A stretch of DNA of 64,000 bases from an uncultured Syntrophomonadaceae bacterium (GCA_964436815.1 CAYTER010000003.1:14808-78807); one strand, 5' to 3'. Shown: positions 34,226-43,593, counted from the stretch's first letter. The notes: generated by a model from the letters alone, not told the origin. Translations and numbers: made by a program.

Positions 34226-36139
34226 TTAAACCTTTTCTATTCCGGTTATGGTGCCTGCTTCACGCATACTGTAACCTCCGAGGGCTTCAACCTTGTTTTG
34301 AAATGCCGGATCAGCGATAATCCTGAGCAGCGATGAAGCTTCCGGACTTTTTAAAAAATCATTGTTTAGCAGCAGGTCATACCTTTCTTCGACCAGCGGT
34401 ATAAAATCAAGGTTAAAAGCCCTGGCGGCGGACAGGATGCCAAGACCAGCTGAAGCTGTTCCGGCGGCCACAGCGGCAGCAACATTAAGATGAGTATATT
34501 CTTCCCGTTCATAGCCTTTGATCTGGGCCGGGTTTAAACCTGCTTCTTTCAGAAGGTGATCGAATAGCAGACGCGTACCGGCGCCCCTCTGGCGGTTAAT
34601 GAAACCATTAGTCGTCTGTGCCAGGTCGCTAATCGATTTGATTCCTTCCGGATTTCCTGCCGGGACGATCCAACCCTGCATCCTGTATGCCAGGTTAACC
34701 AGGCTAAGATCATGATCCGGCAACATTTTCCTGATGTACGGGATATTGTAATCACCGGTTTCCGGATCAAAGAGATGGACTCCGGCCAGGTGTGCCTGAC
34801 CCTTGCCAATAGCCATTATCCCTCCCATACTGCCCAGATGAGCTGAAGAAAGATTAAGGCTTGAATCTTCCTGCTTAAGAGCCGTGGCCAGCAAATCGAT
34901 GATCAAATCGTGGCTTCCGGCTGCCAGTAAATTATGGCGCAGTTCGCTTTCCGGTTTGTAGAGCTCAACCTCAACCTCTTCATCTTGCTCATATCCCAGT
35001 GAGTTTTCGGGGATGACCAGCAGGCCATCAGCCCTCACCAGGGACATGGTTACGCCGGCGCCACGGGTCAGCGGATTGGCTAGATAACGGTTATTCACGT
35101 AGCCGATAGTCATCCGTACATGTTCCTCAACTCCCATTTCTGATACAACGCGGCGGCCGAGAGTTACTTTCAGCCGGGGGCGCTCAGGAACAGGCAGGCC
35201 AAGGTAACGGCAGATCAGCGGCAGAGCGAACCACTCAAGACTTAAGTAAGCAGATACAGGGTAACCGGGCAGTCCGATTACCGGTTTGTTCTTAACCCGG
35301 CCAAGGATTGTTGGCTTTCCGGGCCTGGTAGCCACCCCATGTAAAAAAACTTCACCCAATTCCTCAATCACCATTGAGGTATAATCCTTTTCTCCGGCCG
35401 ACGACCCGGCATTTATGATCACAATATCGGCAGAATCCAAGGCGTCCAGCAGGGCCTGCTTTATTTTCTCCGGTTCATCCGGCACTATGGGTTTAACCAG
35501 AGGAACAGCACCCCACTGCTCTAAATAAGCAGCGATTACTGTGCTATTGAAGTCGGGCACCTGCCCGTGCTCTCGCCTGTCACTTGGTCCTATAAGGTCG
35601 GAGCCGCTGGGGATAACTGCAACTACCGGTTTTGCCAGAACCTTTATTTCGGTATCCCCCCCAGCCAGTATAGCGCCAAGATCCGGTGGTTTCAGCAGGT
35701 GACAACCAGGAACAATCAGCTCACCGGCCACAATATCCTCACCCACGGCGCGCACATGCTGCCAGGGAGTGGCCGGAGACAGCAGCTCCGCCCTGCCATC
35801 AGTCAACATGTGCAGGTCTTCTATCTTTGCCACGGCATTGAAACCCGGCGGCAGAGGATTGCCGGTGTTTACTGGTATAAAGCCCTGCTGCGGTTCGAGC
35901 GCCAGCGGATTTTGATCGGATGCGCTGAAAGTATCTTCGGCTTTGACGGCGATACCATCCATGGCAGCAGAATGGAAGGCCGGCATTGATAACCGGGCAA
36001 AAACCGGTTCTGCCGTAACCCGATCCAGAGCTTCACCCACAGGGATAGTTTCCACCCGGCGGGGTATGCCGGTTCTTTCCAGGAAGATCTTTAACGCTTC
36101 TGGTCTCGCTGTGTTACTGAGATAAACTTTGCGCATCAC
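34226..36139 (-). CDS. moeA: Molybdopterin molybdo/tungsto-transferase MoeA fused to a C-terminal periplasmic-binding-protein-like (PBP-like) domain
   Basis: The N-terminal ~400 aa have the MoeA fold (…GLPGYPVSAYLS…). The C-terminal ~230 aa have PBP-like/substrate-binding features (…LAYRMQGWIVPAGNPEGIKSISDL…). Confidence 0.8.
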   Translation of the reverse strand: MMRKVYLSNTARPEALKIFLERTGIPRRVETIPVGEALDRVTAEPVFARLSMPAFHSAAMDGIAVKAEDTFSASDQNPLALEPQQGFIPVNTGNPLPPGFNAVAKIEDLHMLTDGRAELLSPATPWQHVRAVGEDIVAGELIVPGCHLLKPPDLGAILAGGDTEIKVLAKPVVAVIPSGSDLIGPSDRREHGQVPDFNSTVIAAYLEQWGAVPLVKPIVPDEPEKIKQALLDALDSADIVIINAGSSAGEKDYTSMVIEELGEVFLHGVATRPGKPTILGRVKNKPVIGLPGYPVSAYLSLEWFALPLICRYLGLPVPERPRLKVTLGRRVVSEMGVEEHVRMTIGYVNNRYLANPLTRGAGVTMSLVRADGLLVIPENSLGYEQDEEVEVELYKPESELRHNLLAAGSHDLIIDLLATALKQEDSSLNLSSAHLGSMGGIMAIGKGQAHLAGVHLFDPETGDYNIPYIRKMLPDHDLSLVNLAYRMQGWIVPAGNPEGIKSISDLAQTTNGFINRQRGAGTRLLFDHLLKEAGLNPAQIKGYEREEYTHLNVAAAVAAGTASAGLGILSAARAFNLDFIPLVEERYDLLLNNDFLKSPEASSLLRIIADPAFQNKVEALGGYSMREAGTITGIEKV

Positions 36140-36154
36140 AAACCTCCACTATGC

Positions 36155-37387
36155 TTACTCCCATAAATAAACCTCGACAGTCTCCCCGGCGCTTAACCCT
36201 TCCTTCTCCGGGGGCACAACCAGCAGTCCGTCTGCGGCGGCCAGGGTCCGCAGCATCCCTGAACGGCCAAAGACCGGGACTGCGCTAAGTCCTCCGGTGG
36301 ACGGGTCTGGTTCCAGTTTAATCCTTATGTAATCAGTACGCCCGGTCCGGGAAGCCACATTGCGGGCCAGGCTGGCCTTTAAGGTCGGGGTCAGCCTTTT
36401 TTTAAGGCGTCCGGAAAGTTGCTCGATGATCGCCCGTCCGAAAAGGGAAAAGATATTGAGGGCAGAAACCGGATGGCCTGGTAATCCAAGCACAGGTTTC
36501 TCGCCGCATTTTGCGACTAAAGTCGGTTTGCCGGGCTGGATGGCAATGCCTTCGATCAGCAGCCCCGGTTGACCCAGCTCTTGCATGGTGCGGGCAGTAA
36601 AATCGCGGCTGCCGACAGAGCTGCCGCCGGAAAAAACTAAAAAATCAACTTTGACCAATAGTTCACGGCTTTTTGCCAGAAAAACATCAAATTGATCAGG
36701 CAGGATGCCACCATACCTGAAACCAGCCCCGTATTGTTCGGCCAGGTAAAGCAGAGCTGGAGCGTTACTGTCCCTGATTTGCCCGGGCTTAAGTTCCCCT
36801 GATTCGTAAGGAACCAATTCATCGCCACTGGAAAAAAAACCGACCAGCGGCTTCCGGTGAACGGCTACCGCTGACGAACCGATTGAAGCGAGCAGGCCAA
36901 TCTCAGGCGCCCGAAGGAAATGTCCCGCTTCAAATACGACGTCTCCGGCTTTTAAGTCCTCGCCACGGTGAATGACATTTTCACCGGGGGCAACCTGCCG
37001 GTAACTGTTGACAATATTACCGGCCACTTCAGTATCTTCAATCATGATTACAGCATCGGCATTATCTGGCAGCATCCCACCGGTGTGAACCAGGCAGCAT
37101 TGCCCGTCAGAAATGGGAGGAGCGCTTTTGCCCATCAGCACTTCTCCGACCAGTTCAAACATGGCCGGCATACTTTCACTGGCACCGAAAGTTTCGCGGG
37201 CGTTCACAGCATAACCGTCAACTGTTGAGCGGTTAAAACCGGGCACATCTTCCGGTGACCTGATCTTTTCAGCCAGATAGCGCCCTCCGGCCTGTTCAAT
37301 AACAATTATTTCAGCGGGCAGGGCTTTAAACTCACTGGCAATAAGCTTATTAACAGCAACCGGGTCGCTTACCCGCATTAATTTCAT
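36155..37387 (-). CDS. moeA: Molybdopterin molybdotransferase MoeA (second paralog, stand-alone)
   Basis: 410 aa with MoeA domains (…GLPGHPVSALNIF…). It is the first gene of the operon and has a GAGGTG RBS. Confidence 0.88.
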   Translation of the reverse strand: MKLMRVSDPVAVNKLIASEFKALPAEIIVIEQAGGRYLAEKIRSPEDVPGFNRSTVDGYAVNARETFGASESMPAMFELVGEVLMGKSAPPISDGQCCLVHTGGMLPDNADAVIMIEDTEVAGNIVNSYRQVAPGENVIHRGEDLKAGDVVFEAGHFLRAPEIGLLASIGSSAVAVHRKPLVGFFSSGDELVPYESGELKPGQIRDSNAPALLYLAEQYGAGFRYGGILPDQFDVFLAKSRELLVKVDFLVFSGGSSVGSRDFTARTMQELGQPGLLIEGIAIQPGKPTLVAKCGEKPVLGLPGHPVSALNIFSLFGRAIIEQLSGRLKKRLTPTLKASLARNVASRTGRTDYIRIKLEPDPSTGGLSAVPVFGRSGMLRTLAAADGLLVVPPEKEGLSAGETVEVYLWE

Positions 37388-37407
37388 TTTTGCACCTCAC
37401 AGAATAG

Positions 37408-37563
37408 AAAAAGCCGTGCTTCCGTATCAAGGAAAGCATGGCCCTCTAGGCATTATCTCCTTTCCAAGAACGGGAGGCGGGGGGATTTCTCCCCCAACCC
37501 TGGCCTGCCACCGTAGCCGGATTGGGCTGTAGGTGGAAAGGCTCGGAGTTAGTTATTATTGTA
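37408..37563 (-). ncRNA. Candidate Moco/Tuco riboswitch (aptamer ~37450-37560) with terminator-type expression platform (37408-37443) in the 5' leader of the moeA operon
   Basis: A ~175-nt structured leader sits between an extended -10 promoter and moeA. It contains AACUCCGAGCCUUUCC…GGAAAGGAG long-range pairing, a GGGGGA-GAAA-UCCCCC tetraloop hairpin, a CCACC…AGCC-caaucc-GGCU…GGUGG hairpin and a CCUCCC element. It ends with GCCAUGCUUUCC-uugauac-GGAAGCACGGC followed by UUUUU. Its position upstream of Moco biosynthesis genes matches the known Moco RNA motif context. Confidence 0.5.
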
Positions 37564-37570
37564 CGACCTG

Positions 37571-37605
37571 ATTATATCATAATCGCCCGCAGATAACCAT
37601 GATTT
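37571..37605 (-). promoter_or_regulatory. Extended -10 promoter (TGaTATAAT) for the Moco biosynthesis operon
   Basis: The minus strand reads …atggttatctgcgggcgattaTGaTATAATcaggtcg. The -35 is weak (TGGTTA). Confidence 0.45.
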
Positions 37606-37649
37606 GATTATCCGTACCATAGGCCGGATCAAATTATCTGATGCGATCA

Positions 37650-39584
37650 TCAAAGCAAATTGTAATAAAAAAGCAGCCAAACGATGATTAGTGAACCGGC
37701 TGTGATTAACGAATAGTGCAGCCGGCCGCTTACGTTCCAGTACTTCTTATACCAGCTTAGAACGGTTAAGATGACCATCAGCCCGGAGGCAATTGTAATC
37801 AGCAGGGGCAGGATCATCAGGGAGTTAAAAGCCTCTGTCTCGCCGAAGAAGATTTGAGGCACGCCGAAAGCCGGGTTGATGTCACCCATGACTCTTAAAA
37901 AGCCCAGAACAAAGCTCAAGGAAAGAACACCACAGCTAACAGCAACCAGGCGGGCGAAAAGGGAAAGGATCGGTGCTTTGAACCCTTCACGCCTGAAGAT
38001 GCGACCTATCGAGGAGATTAGCCAGCCAACGGCAGCCGAAAGCAGCAGAATTAAAGCTATTCCCAGCAATACCCCTGTCGCAGCGCTGGTTCCATACCAG
38101 GGTGCTTTGATAAATGGCATTGGCCCTGCCGGGCTCATCAGGATACGTCCGTCTTCCTGCTGAACAAATACAACTACCTTTGAAAATCTTGTGCCGGAAG
38201 TCTCACGATTGTGAAACACACCGGGATCAACCTCGGCAAACTGCATGGTCATGCCATATAAATTTACAACCAGATAACCTTCGTCATTTAAAGTCACCCT
38301 GGCAGTCTGCAAGAGAGAAAGCATTTTTTCCATGGTTGAATAATTAGTGCGAGCCGGCAGGTATTCACCGATTAGCTGCATTAGCGCTTCCCGCCGATTT
38401 TCAAGCGGTTTTGGTTCCGGAGGTTGTTTTTCCGGATAATAGCGGTCCATAAAAAGTTGAACCAGGTTAGCCCACTCGGTCCCTAATCCTCCGTTATAGG
38501 AGACAAAGATCCCCAGGTCGAGTTCGGGAATCAGGTACAATCCGGTATTGAAAAGCAGGGTATTACCGCTGTGGCCGATTGCCCGATAACCGTTAAAGGT
38601 CTCTTCGATAAAACCGTGGGCCATCCCGATCTGGGCTGGATGGTGAGTAAAAAGGCGGCTGTGCATTGTTTCAGCGGTTTGCTTCTGTAAAATCAGGTTA
38701 TCACCGTAACGCCCGTCATTAAGGTGAGCAATCATAAACTTGGCCATATCTTCAGCCGTGCTGCTCATACTGCCGGCCGGCAGGGCAGATATGTACTCAA
38801 AGCTACCCTGATAATAGCGGCCTCCCTGGTAACCGTAGCCTTCAGCCATTCTTCCGGTAAGGGCTGCAGGCAGCGGTTGGATGACTGTGCTGTTTTTCAT
38901 ATCCAGGGGAGCGAAAATATTGATCTCAACGTATTCAGCAAATGGCAGCCCGGATACCCGCTGGACAATATAACCGGCTAAAGCTGCCCCATAATTGGAA
39001 TAGGCCATGATCGTTCCCGGCTCATAAATCCGGGCCGGGATGTTATGCTTCAAGTATTCTTCAAGTGTAACCACCTGGTCTGGTTCGAGTACAAATAGGC
39101 CTTCCCCCTGATCTTCGAACCCCGGTGTATGGGTCAGCAGGTGCGCCAGGGTTACCGGTTCGGCTTGGGTGCCCCGGGGAGAGTTGATCAGTCCGGTGGG
39201 AATTTCAAAATCGATGTAGCTGTTTACATCCGCATTCAGGTCAAGTTTTCCTGCTTCAACCAACTGCATTACTGCAGTCCAGGTAATTAATTTTGCCGTT
39301 GAACCGATCCGGAAAAGGGTCTGTCGCGGGTCGACCGGAATCTGTTTTTCCAAATCAGCGTATCCGTAACCTTTAAGCAGGATTATATCTTCTCCCTGGA
39401 CTACAGAGAGAGTCACACCGGGGATGTGTTGTTCATCCATCTGGGTTTTTATCACGCCATCGAGATAAGCTTCGAGCAACAGCGGATCAAGTTTCTCAGT
39501 TTCTGCGGCAATGGCGTTGCTGCCTGGTACGGCACAAAATAAGATAATCATGATTAACATGATTGATTTAAAAAGATTCTTCAT
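37650..39584 (-). CDS. Serine hydrolase (beta-lactamase/class C-like) with N-terminal signal peptide and C-terminal 4-TM membrane domain
   Basis: S-x-x-K motif in RIGSTAKL, a YxN-like region and a ~350-aa beta-lactamase fold. The C-terminal ~150 aa contain four hydrophobic helices. Confidence 0.8.
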   Translation of the reverse strand: MKNLFKSIMLIMIILFCAVPGSNAIAAETEKLDPLLLEAYLDGVIKTQMDEQHIPGVTLSVVQGEDIILLKGYGYADLEKQIPVDPRQTLFRIGSTAKLITWTAVMQLVEAGKLDLNADVNSYIDFEIPTGLINSPRGTQAEPVTLAHLLTHTPGFEDQGEGLFVLEPDQVVTLEEYLKHNIPARIYEPGTIMAYSNYGAALAGYIVQRVSGLPFAEYVEINIFAPLDMKNSTVIQPLPAALTGRMAEGYGYQGGRYYQGSFEYISALPAGSMSSTAEDMAKFMIAHLNDGRYGDNLILQKQTAETMHSRLFTHHPAQIGMAHGFIEETFNGYRAIGHSGNTLLFNTGLYLIPELDLGIFVSYNGGLGTEWANLVQLFMDRYYPEKQPPEPKPLENRREALMQLIGEYLPARTNYSTMEKMLSLLQTARVTLNDEGYLVVNLYGMTMQFAEVDPGVFHNRETSGTRFSKVVVFVQQEDGRILMSPAGPMPFIKAPWYGTSAATGVLLGIALILLLSAAVGWLISSIGRIFRREGFKAPILSLFARLVAVSCGVLSLSFVLGFLRVMGDINPAFGVPQIFFGETEAFNSLMILPLLITIASGLMVILTVLSWYKKYWNVSGRLHYSLITAGSLIIVWLLFYYNLL

Positions 39585-39727
39585 TACGTCACCTCCAACA
39601 TATTAATGTTCAATTTTTTTGGTACCAATACCTTTACCCTGGTGATCAGTTGCCGGCCTTGCGACTTCCTGCCGGGCAGATGATTATAGGATATAATGAA
39701 CTTTAATTCTAGAAGCGGAGGTTTCAG

Positions 39728-40273
39728 ATGCGCAGATGCCTGACTAGACCTTTTTTATGGATGACTGTCATATTGATTATTCTGGTCTTCCTGAGCGGTT
39801 GTATCTTCTTTCCGGCGCAGACGGCCGATGGACTTGAGCTGACCAGGGTCAGGGTAACCAGGGTTGTTGATGGCGATACGATTTATATCCGTTTCAACAC
39901 AGGGGTTGAGGAAAAACTGCGTCTGATTGGGGTTGACGCCCCTGAAATCAACCACCCGACTAAGGGAGAAGAGTTTTTCGGGATTGAGGCGGCCGAATAT
40001 ACCGATAATAACCTGAATAGTACCGTTGTTTGGGTCGAGTTTGATCTTGGAGAACGCGATCAGTATGGCCGCATGCTGGCCTATATCTGGCTGGAAAAAC
40101 CGGAGCAGGTTAATGAAGCAGAAATCCGGAAGAAAATGTTCAATGCCCGCCTGCTCCTTGACGGTTATGCCAGGCAGGTGATTTTTCAACCCAATATAAA
40201 GTATGTCGAATACTTTTCGGCATTTGTGGCTGAAGCTCGCCAGGCAAAAAGAGGTCTGTGGGCTGAAGATTAA
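39728..40273 (+). CDS. Thermonuclease (SNase-like) family lipoprotein
   Basis: LSGC lipobox, then the SNase fold (…VVDGDTIY…RLIGVDAPE…YGRMLAYIW…). Confidence 0.8.
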   Translation: MRRCLTRPFLWMTVILIILVFLSGCIFFPAQTADGLELTRVRVTRVVDGDTIYIRFNTGVEEKLRLIGVDAPEINHPTKGEEFFGIEAAEYTDNNLNSTVVWVEFDLGERDQYGRMLAYIWLEKPEQVNEAEIRKKMFNARLLLDGYARQVIFQPNIKYVEYFSAFVAEARQAKRGLWAED

Positions 40274-40314
40274 AATTCTGAAGATCGATTATTATATATG
40301 TTGTTTACCATTAA

Positions 40315-40809
40315 TTACCTCAACCGGTTCTCGATTTCTTCCAGCGATTGATTAATTGAACTGACTGTCTCCGGGGGCAGTGAAATCTCAACCGGTATAA
40401 CTGCCTGTAAATGGTATTCTGTTGAGATAGGCAGGTTAAGCCGGACCGGGATCTCAACTACAGTGTTTACCGGAATAGTGCCGCGAATTGGAACAGCGAT
40501 CTGCTGCGACCCGACCAGCGGTAAATTAACTGCAGTATTGACGATTGTGTCCAGCTCATAGTTAAAGGACAGCGGGAAAGTGATCGTTTCATTGATTGGC
40601 ACCACGAGATCAAGGGGTAAAACCTGGTCGACCTGGACTTCCATGTTAAATGAATCGGCGCTGATCCGGCCAAACCCCTCACGGGCGCTGGCAACGGTGT
40701 CCAAAGCTCCGGAGCGCACATTTGAAAGGCTGTAAATGATTAATAAATTCAGCAGCAGTGACAGGGTCAGGCCTGCCGCCAGGATAATGATCGCAGTTTT
40801 TTGCTTCAT
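40315..40809 (-). CDS. Hypothetical membrane-anchored protein (N-terminal TM, beta-rich repeats)
   Basis: Start at ATG 40809 with GGAGG 7 nt upstream. An N-terminal TM helix and repeated (I/L)P(V/I)xT-like segments. No family recognised. Confidence 0.5.
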   Translation of the reverse strand: MKQKTAIIILAAGLTLSLLLNLLIIYSLSNVRSGALDTVASAREGFGRISADSFNMEVQVDQVLPLDLVVPINETITFPLSFNYELDTIVNTAVNLPLVGSQQIAVPIRGTIPVNTVVEIPVRLNLPISTEYHLQAVIPVEISLPPETVSSINQSLEEIENRLR

Positions 40810-41101
40810 ATTGTATTCCTCCAGTCTTTTACCCCTGCCAAACAGGATTAAACCCACAGCTAGAAGATCAATTTTAGCAGGCTGTTAATCAACAATAACA
40901 TTTTACCGGCAGGCAGGCAAAGACCCTGCCTGATCATTTATTGAAGCAGCCGGCAGGAATTGAACAGTTGAATAGTAAATATTAAATAAAATCCGAAAAA
41001 TGCCTTTTTCTTTACCCCTTAAAACACGCAGTGATTAAAGAGTGGGTTGAAGAACAGGCATCCCAAATGGGGCAGGCAGATTATTAAGGGGAGGTAAGCC
41101 A

Positions 41102-41965
41102 GTGAAAATTGGAGAGGTTAAAAAAATCTGTGTCACCGGTGCCGGCAACATGGGGCACCAGATTGCCTTGCTCTGCGCCCTTTCAGGTTTCGAAACATTC
41201 TGTTTTGATGTCAGTGCCGAGCAGGTCGGCAAGGCGGAAGCCTTTGCCAATCAATACCTGCCGGAGAGAGTGTCCAAGGGCAAGCTGAGCCAGGAACAGG
41301 CCGAGGCAGCTGCCGGCAGGATTAAATTTACTACCGTTCTGGAACATGCAGCCTCCGAAGCAGATTTTGTAATCGAAGCGATTATTGAAAAGTTGCAGCC
41401 GAAGCGGGAACTCTTTGAAAAGCTGGGACAGCTCTGCCCGCCTCACGCGATACTGGCCACCAACAGTTCATTTATAGTCAGTTCGCAGCTTGCCGATGTA
41501 ACCGGCCGTCCGGGCCAGGTTTGCAACATGCACTTTTTTAACCCCGCTTTGGTAATGAAATGCGTTGAAGTGGTTAAGGGTCCCCACACTACTGCAGAAA
41601 CAGCCTCGACAACTATGGAACTTGCCCACCGGTTGGGCAAAACGCCGGTTCTCCTGCAGAAAGAAATCTACGGTTTTCTGGTTAACCGCATCCTGGCCAA
41701 AATTACCGAGGAGGCTTTGTTCCTTCTCGATACGGGAGTAGCGTCGGCAGAAGACATAGACAGCGCAGTGGTCAATGCCCTTGGCCATCCCCTCGGTCCA
41801 TTCCGGTTGATGGATTTGACCGGTGTTGACCTCACTTACCATATTAATATGGAACGATACATGGAAACGCTCGACCCGAAAGAGAAGCCTTCACCCACCA
41901 TCGTTGAAAAATATGTTAAGGGCGAATGGGGGCGCAAGAAAGGCAAAGGCTTCTACCAGTACTGA
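41102..41965 (+). CDS. hbd: 3-hydroxyacyl-CoA / 3-hydroxybutyryl-CoA dehydrogenase
   Basis: GTG start with GGGGAGG RBS. N-terminal Rossmann motif VTGAGNMG. 287 aa HCDH family. Confidence 0.88.
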   Translation: MKIGEVKKICVTGAGNMGHQIALLCALSGFETFCFDVSAEQVGKAEAFANQYLPERVSKGKLSQEQAEAAAGRIKFTTVLEHAASEADFVIEAIIEKLQPKRELFEKLGQLCPPHAILATNSSFIVSSQLADVTGRPGQVCNMHFFNPALVMKCVEVVKGPHTTAETASTTMELAHRLGKTPVLLQKEIYGFLVNRILAKITEEALFLLDTGVASAEDIDSAVVNALGHPLGPFRLMDLTGVDLTYHINMERYMETLDPKEKPSPTIVEKYVKGEWGRKKGKGFYQY

Positions 41966-41979
41966 TCAAAGGAGAAATG

Positions 41980-42810
41980 ATGACCAAATCATTGGCGAAA
42001 GCGGAAAAAGCATATAAAAATATGGAGTTCTTGAACAGCCATGATGCCAGGGTGATTCGCATCCTGGCTGAGTACCTTGAACCACAATGGCGGCTGCGTA
42101 ATGCCGGGGTGGAAGATACGGTTGTCTTTTTCGGTTCAGCCCGTACCAAGCCGTTGCAGGAGGCGAAGGCGATCCTTGCCGAACTGGAAAAAGAAGCTGT
42201 TAATTCTTCAGACACAGCCAGGGTTGAGCTGCAGCAGAAATTGGAGGAAGCCCGCAACGAGCTTTTTATTTCCAGGTACTATCAGGATGCAGTGGATCTG
42301 GCCGCAAAGATTACTATCTGGTCAAAAGGGCTCGGTTCGCATCACCGCTTTATTATCTGTTCCGGTGGTGGTTTCGGGATGATGGAAGCTGCCAATAAGG
42401 GAGCAGCAGAGGCAGGCGGCAAGTCGATTGGCTTAAATATCAGTATACCTTTAGAACAGGTTCCCAATCAGCACATTACACCTGAGCTGAACTTTGAATT
42501 TCATTATTTTTTCATGCGCAAGTATTGGTTTATATACATGGCTAAAGCCCTGGTCATTTTTCCCGGTGGTTTCGGAACATTAGATGAGCTTTTCGAGGTT
42601 TTGACCCTGATTCAGACTAAAAAACTGGAAAAAGTGCTGCCGATCGTTGTCTATGGATCCGAGTACTGGAACCAGGTGATTAACTTTGAAACCCTGGCCA
42701 AATACGGAACGATCAGCCGGGAGGATTTAAACCTGCTTCACTTCAGCGATTCAGTGGATGATGCATTTGACTATCTGAAAGGGGAGTTAACCAGGCTTTA
42801 CCTTGGTTGA
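41980..42810 (+). CDS. LOG-family protein (TIGR00730 Rossmann-fold nucleotide 5'-monophosphate nucleosidase)
   Basis: PGGFGTLDEL motif, the GGGxGxMEA region, and a ~90-aa N-terminal extension. Start at ATG 41980 with AAAGGAG RBS. Confidence 0.8.
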   Translation: MTKSLAKAEKAYKNMEFLNSHDARVIRILAEYLEPQWRLRNAGVEDTVVFFGSARTKPLQEAKAILAELEKEAVNSSDTARVELQQKLEEARNELFISRYYQDAVDLAAKITIWSKGLGSHHRFIICSGGGFGMMEAANKGAAEAGGKSIGLNISIPLEQVPNQHITPELNFEFHYFFMRKYWFIYMAKALVIFPGGFGTLDELFEVLTLIQTKKLEKVLPIVVYGSEYWNQVINFETLAKYGTISREDLNLLHFSDSVDDAFDYLKGELTRLYLG

Positions 42811-42853
42811 GTTACTGTTTACCTTCGCTTGTAATAAAAATTAGCGGTAAAAG

Positions 42854-42892
42854 CACTCCTCATCTACCGGCGTTGCGGGGAGTGTTTTTTAT
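42854..42892 (+). terminator. Rho-independent terminator after the LOG-family gene
   Basis: CACTCCTC…GGGGAGTG stem followed by TTTTTTATTT. Confidence 0.7.
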
Positions 42893-42970
42893 TTATTGGC
42901 ACGGTTGATTTTTGCTGAACCTGGTGAAATAATAAAGCCGGAAATCAGTTTGGATGAATGGAGCAGGAGA

Positions 42971-43540
42971 ATGGAATATATCCTTAGTTTTCTGATTGGC
43001 ATCAGTTTAAGCGCTACCAGTGGCTTCAGGGTGTTTGTGCCTCTTTTGGTAATCAGCATTGCGTCGTTAGCCGGTTGGCTGGAGTTAAACCCGGTTTTTG
43101 CCTGGGTAGGAACCTATCCGGCCCTGGTTGCCCTTGGTGTCGCAGCACTGCTGGAAGTTGCCGGCTATTATTTCCCTTACATTGATAATTTACTCAGCAG
43201 CATTGCAGTTCCGGTCAGCCTGGTTGCCGGGACATTAATCACTGCCGCTGTATTGGTGGACTTTCCTCCGGTTCTGGCCTGGGCGCTGGCAATTATCGCC
43301 GGCGGGGGAGCTGCTCTCGGCGGAAGCGTGATCAGCAACTCGATTCATACCGGATCGACAATGACCACCGCCGGCGCAGGTAATCCCCTGGTTTCTTTAA
43401 TCGAATCGTTTTTTTCTGTTTTCATGTCTCTGCTGGCCGTATTGCTGCCGGTTATTGCGTTTTCATTCTTTGCGTTAATCCTTTGGTTCGTATATAAATT
43501 TTTTCGAAGAGGTAAACACACCAGGCCTGATCTGCAATAA
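42971..43540 (+). CDS. Integral membrane protein (DUF4126-like, Gly/Ala-rich TM helices)
   Basis: 189 aa from ATG 42971, with GGAG 7 nt upstream and 4-5 TM helices. The upstream TTG extension has no support. Confidence 0.6.
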   Translation: MEYILSFLIGISLSATSGFRVFVPLLVISIASLAGWLELNPVFAWVGTYPALVALGVAALLEVAGYYFPYIDNLLSSIAVPVSLVAGTLITAAVLVDFPPVLAWALAIIAGGGAALGGSVISNSIHTGSTMTTAGAGNPLVSLIESFFSVFMSLLAVLLPVIAFSFFALILWFVYKFFRRGKHTRPDLQ

Positions 43541-43566
43541 AAACAGCCTCTCCTGACGAGAGGCTG
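43537..43566. terminator. Hairpin terminator, likely bidirectional, with a T-tract for the convergent minus-strand gene
   Basis: CAGCCTCTC-ctgac-GAGAGGCTG, a 9-bp stem. On the minus strand it is followed by TTTTTATT. It overlaps the stop codon of the plus-strand gene. Confidence 0.6.
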
Positions 43567-43593
43567 CCGTACGTTAATTTAGGTTAGTTGCTT

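Noticed and set aside
37429-37453. 8-codon uORF (MPRGPCFP) starting at the SD-like GGAAAGGAG inside the Moco leader
   Set aside because: It is too short and the GGAG is better explained as the 3' strand of the riboswitch P1 helix.
40900-40940. Hairpin CAGGCA-aagaccc-TGCCTG upstream of the hbd gene region
   Set aside because: It has no T-tract on either strand and no adjacent gene 3' end. It is likely incidental.
42896-42970. TTG 42896 start for the membrane protein (MARLIFAEPGEIIKPEISLDEWSRR extension)
   Set aside because: It begins inside the upstream terminator T-tract and has no SD. ATG 42971 has GGAG at -7 and the hydrophobic domain begins immediately.
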